A DNA stretch of 63,751 bases, counting the filler, from Octopus bimaculoides (lineage: Eukaryota): the NCBI RefSeq assembly GCF_001194135.2. It is 8 parts of 8 records of this genome, joined end to end, with 100 filler letters (N's around TTAATTAATTAA, not from the genome) between each part and the next. Parts side by side here need not be neighbours in the genome. Positions count along the whole stretch, not along the records: positions 60,714 to 62,081 come from NC_068996.1; positions 62,182 to 63,751 come from NW_026404524.1; 6 more parts are not named here. The stretch is one strand, 5' to 3'. Positions 60,714 through 63,751 of this stretch are shown here, one piece after another; position 1 is the stretch's first letter, and each line of letters starts with the position of its first letter. A program made the position numbers and the translations under genes. The notes below the pieces were generated by a model, which saw only the letters and a list, made by a program, of their open reading frames with translations, did not search any database and was not told the DNA's origin.

Positions 60714-62081
60714 AAGGCTTAAAATTCACACCCACCCCAAGAACACCCAGCCCCCCTGAGATCAAGGATGATATTTCAGAATTTTGCAGAAAGCTTCGTT
60801 TAACAGAAGCTTTTATAGACCTCAACAATGAGGATGATTCAATTATTAAAAACAAAAGCAACTTCATACCTTCCAAAGGAAGGAATAAAGCACTGGACGA
60901 TATTTGCAACCACATCCAGAGTTTCCCTTTTACCCCGCCCAAAACCAAGGTCAAATCAAACTTTAATAGCAAAGAATGGAAAAACCTAAGAGACTTACAA
61001 CAGGACAAAAGCCTTACTATCAAAGAAGCTGACAAAGGTAGTACTGTAGTCCTAATGGACATAGATTTTTACAAACACCTAGCACTCTCCTTACTAAACG
61101 ACAACTCTTTTTATGAAATTATCACCAACTATAAACAACAAAAAACTCTCAAAAACCTCACCACCCTTATACTCCAGCATGGTCAAGGACTCACGGACAA
61201 AGAAAAGGATTACATCACTAATTCCAAGTGCAAGCTCAACCTCTTCTATGGCCTCCCTAAAATCCAAAAGAACAAATCCATCACCGAAGCCTGCAAACTC
61301 TCCTCTGACATCTACATCAACATCAAGGCACTGGAAGATTTAAAACTAAGACCCATTATAGCAGGCACCTCCTGCAAAACACACTGATTAAGCAATTTCC
61401 TGGACATTCTTTTGAAACCTTTCCTAAGTCACATCAAAAGTTTCATTAGAGATGATCTTGACATACTCAATCACCTCCCAAAAACAACAAACGAGGAGTC
61501 ACTCTTGGTTTCTTTTGACATGATCAACCTTTATACAAATATCCCCCGTGAATATGCTATTGAGGCAATTAAATTCTGGCTACAGAAACACCCAGAAACA
61601 TTTCCTAATCGCATCAGCACAACCTTCATTATAGAATCACTTAAGTTCATTCTGACCAATAATTACTTCCTGTTAGCAAACATACTTTCGCCAAAAATGT
61701 GGTATCGCGATGGGTACCAAAGCTGCACCCATCCTTGCGAACCTCATAATGGGTTTTTTTGAATTATCACCATATGAAATCTCACGCCAGAAATTTGGAC
61801 ACCTTTTCCACATCTACTTAATGGATAACTGGAAAAGATACTTGGATGATTGTTTCATCATATGGAAGGAATCCTATGAAAAACTTCTAGAATTCAAAAC
61901 CATACTTAACAACATACATCCCAGCATTCAATTCACTATGGAATTCAGCAAGCATCATCTCCCTTTTCTTGATCTCCTAATTATAAAAACACCTAATAAC
62001 CAAATCACAACCGACATCTACCACAAACCTACAGACTCACAACAATACCTCCTTTTTAGCTCATGCCACCCAAAACACACC
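60714..62081 (+). mobile_element. Penelope-like element reverse transcriptase (one stop, one frameshift)
   Basis: GLKFTPTP, EADKGSTVV, YGLPKI, LRPII, SFDMINLYTNIP, AMGTKAAPILANL, RYLDDCF, LPFLD, KPTDSQQYL..SSCHPKH. TGA at 61385-61387; frameshift near 61680. Confidence 0.95.
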
Positions 62082-63181
62082 NNNNNNNNNNNNNNNNNNN
62101 NNNNNNNNNNNNNNNNNNNNNNNNNTTAATTAATTAANNNNNNNNNNNNNNNNNNNNNNNNNNNNNNNNNNNNNNNNNNNNACATTGAAAGCTATTAAAT
62201 TACAAAGTGTTTGTGTTGTTTATAATAGACTCTATTTTACATTTCTTGCCCACAAGAGATTATGCCCGATCTTTAGCATACTGCTGTATGTCTTCTCAAA
62301 TCACGTTCACAGGAAAAGTTGTTGATAACAATTACCAGCAAAAACAAAGCTGATAAATACTCACAGGTATTGCAAATTAAGTTTAATTACCAATAAACAT
62401 CAGCTTGGATGACACTTTACTCAACCAACAGAGGAAGGTGACCAGTCAAACTGATTATGTAAACAGAAATCTTTTCTGCCTATTCTTGTCGGAACCTTTG
62501 ATACGGAATATCGAAATTTTAATCCCTTTCACACTTATAAGATGTCAAGCAAACTTTAAAATTTTCATTACCGTTATTGTCAGTGTGAGCAGAACTTATG
62601 AATTGTTTACTGCAAAGGAGAAATTAAATATGTGCTCCATTGCGATAAGTAGAAACTCCAAGCAATGTAAAATATGACCAGACCATGTTTACCAGCATGA
62701 ACGTCAGACTTCAAAAACTAGTTAACCATTTAATGGTTTTAGTAAATTAATGCAGAAAAAGTAAGCATTATACTATCCAGCATAAATAAAAGTCAACTTC
62801 ATTATGCGTATTTAAGCCATTATTTTTTCTGTGAAAACCTATTCTGACATTAAATGAGTCAACTTCTGGTATGAATTTTTATGTTTTGTACATTTTTTTT
62901 CAACAAAAAGAATAAAAAAAAAAATTATGGTAACGATCTACTTGTGTAATTTATGCACCCGCTAAAGTTTATTTTTGCGGAAAAAGTGTGTAAATTACAT
63001 GAGTTTTTATGGTGTATATATATATATCTGTATGTTCTTGTTGTTTAATTTATCAAGTATCATTTTTTCTAATTGTGTATTTCAAAAACTTGTATGGTAT
63101 TTTTTATATTTTAAATATTCTATCCAAATCTTTGAAATAAGTGTGACAGCTTTATCCTAATGGAATGTATTTATTCATCAG

Positions 63182-63295
63182 GTGTTCGAAAAGTCCTTAA
63201 AAATGGCAACAAGGTTATGTACGACCTCGAGAAGAAGATTAATGAAGCTATATTTCCTGGTTTACAAGGAGGCCCACATAATCACCAAATTGGAG
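63182..63295 (+). CDS. SHMT: Internal coding exon of serine hydroxymethyltransferase (phase 1/1, 114 bp)
   Basis: AG acceptor at 63180-63181 and GTAAG donor at 63296. Translation (G)[37 protein letters not shown](G) contains the SHMT signature [11 protein letters not shown]. The boundaries match the vertebrate SHMT exon spanning G|VK.. to ..HNHAIA|G. Confidence 0.95.
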
Positions 63296-63751
63296 GTAAG
63301 AATTTAGCCCTTTTCTTGCTATATTTCTCTTGAAATGTACTTGACTTTGTATCTGTCAGTTTTGAAAATAATGAAGATTTGATCAAAATAATTTTGTCAT
63401 TATTAAGCTGGTGTTTGGAACATAAATGAACTTGATATTTTAATGGGAGGTTTTAATTCAGATCACTTCAAGGAAACTTGTCTGATAGAACACGGAGTGT
63501 TCTTAAGTTGTGTTTGCAATAAAAGGATTAAAAGAAAAAAAAAAACATTGCTAAAATAATTATTGGTTTACATATATAATTTACTTTTCTGTTATTGTTA
63601 GGATCAACAAAAAAGTATTTTATCTAGTGTGAAATGTCATTTAATATTCACAGGATTTAAATTTGAGCTACTAATAGTTTCATGTTGTGAAAACAATAAA
63701 TTGTCAAGCTTGTATATATATATATATCATCATCATCATCATCATCATCAT

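Noticed and set aside
60714-62081. Telomerase or active RT gene
   Set aside because: The motifs and the linked GIY-YIG are Penelope-type, and this copy has a stop and a frameshift.

Overview
Eukaryotic, AT-rich, gap-ridden draft sequence. The microsatellite and SINE make-up resembles an octopus (coleoid cephalopod) genome; this is an inference, not a database match. Only one host coding exon is securely recognisable: a 114-bp serine hydroxymethyltransferase (SHMT) exon at 63182-63295 (+), encoding [38 protein letters not shown]. The rest is a transposon graveyard plus microsatellites. It holds decayed RTE-clade LINEs (one near full length with an LTR nested in its RT, one internally deleted with three C-terminal C2H2 fingers), an L1/Tx1-like RT fragment, an RLE-type LINE 3' end, and a Penelope-like element (RT + GIY-YIG). 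It also holds mariner, DD37D maT and pogo-like DNA-transposon relics, two solo-LTR-like elements and several tRNA-derived SINE families. The best candidate for something under-described is a ~290-bp element joining a tRNA-type Pol III head (A/B boxes) to a minimal type-I hammerhead-ribozyme fold (26290-26577, -). A second, variant minimal hammerhead fold lies at 6171-6206 (+). Also notable are a shared AATATAACAG motif in the TSDs of two SINE copies, a ~170-bp near-perfect hairpin and a 34-35-bp periodic array. Most long ORFs in the supplied track are microsatellite or N-gap artefacts. No prokaryotic-type system (CRISPR, operon) is supported. Family names come from motif recognition, and boundaries of diverged repeats are approximate.
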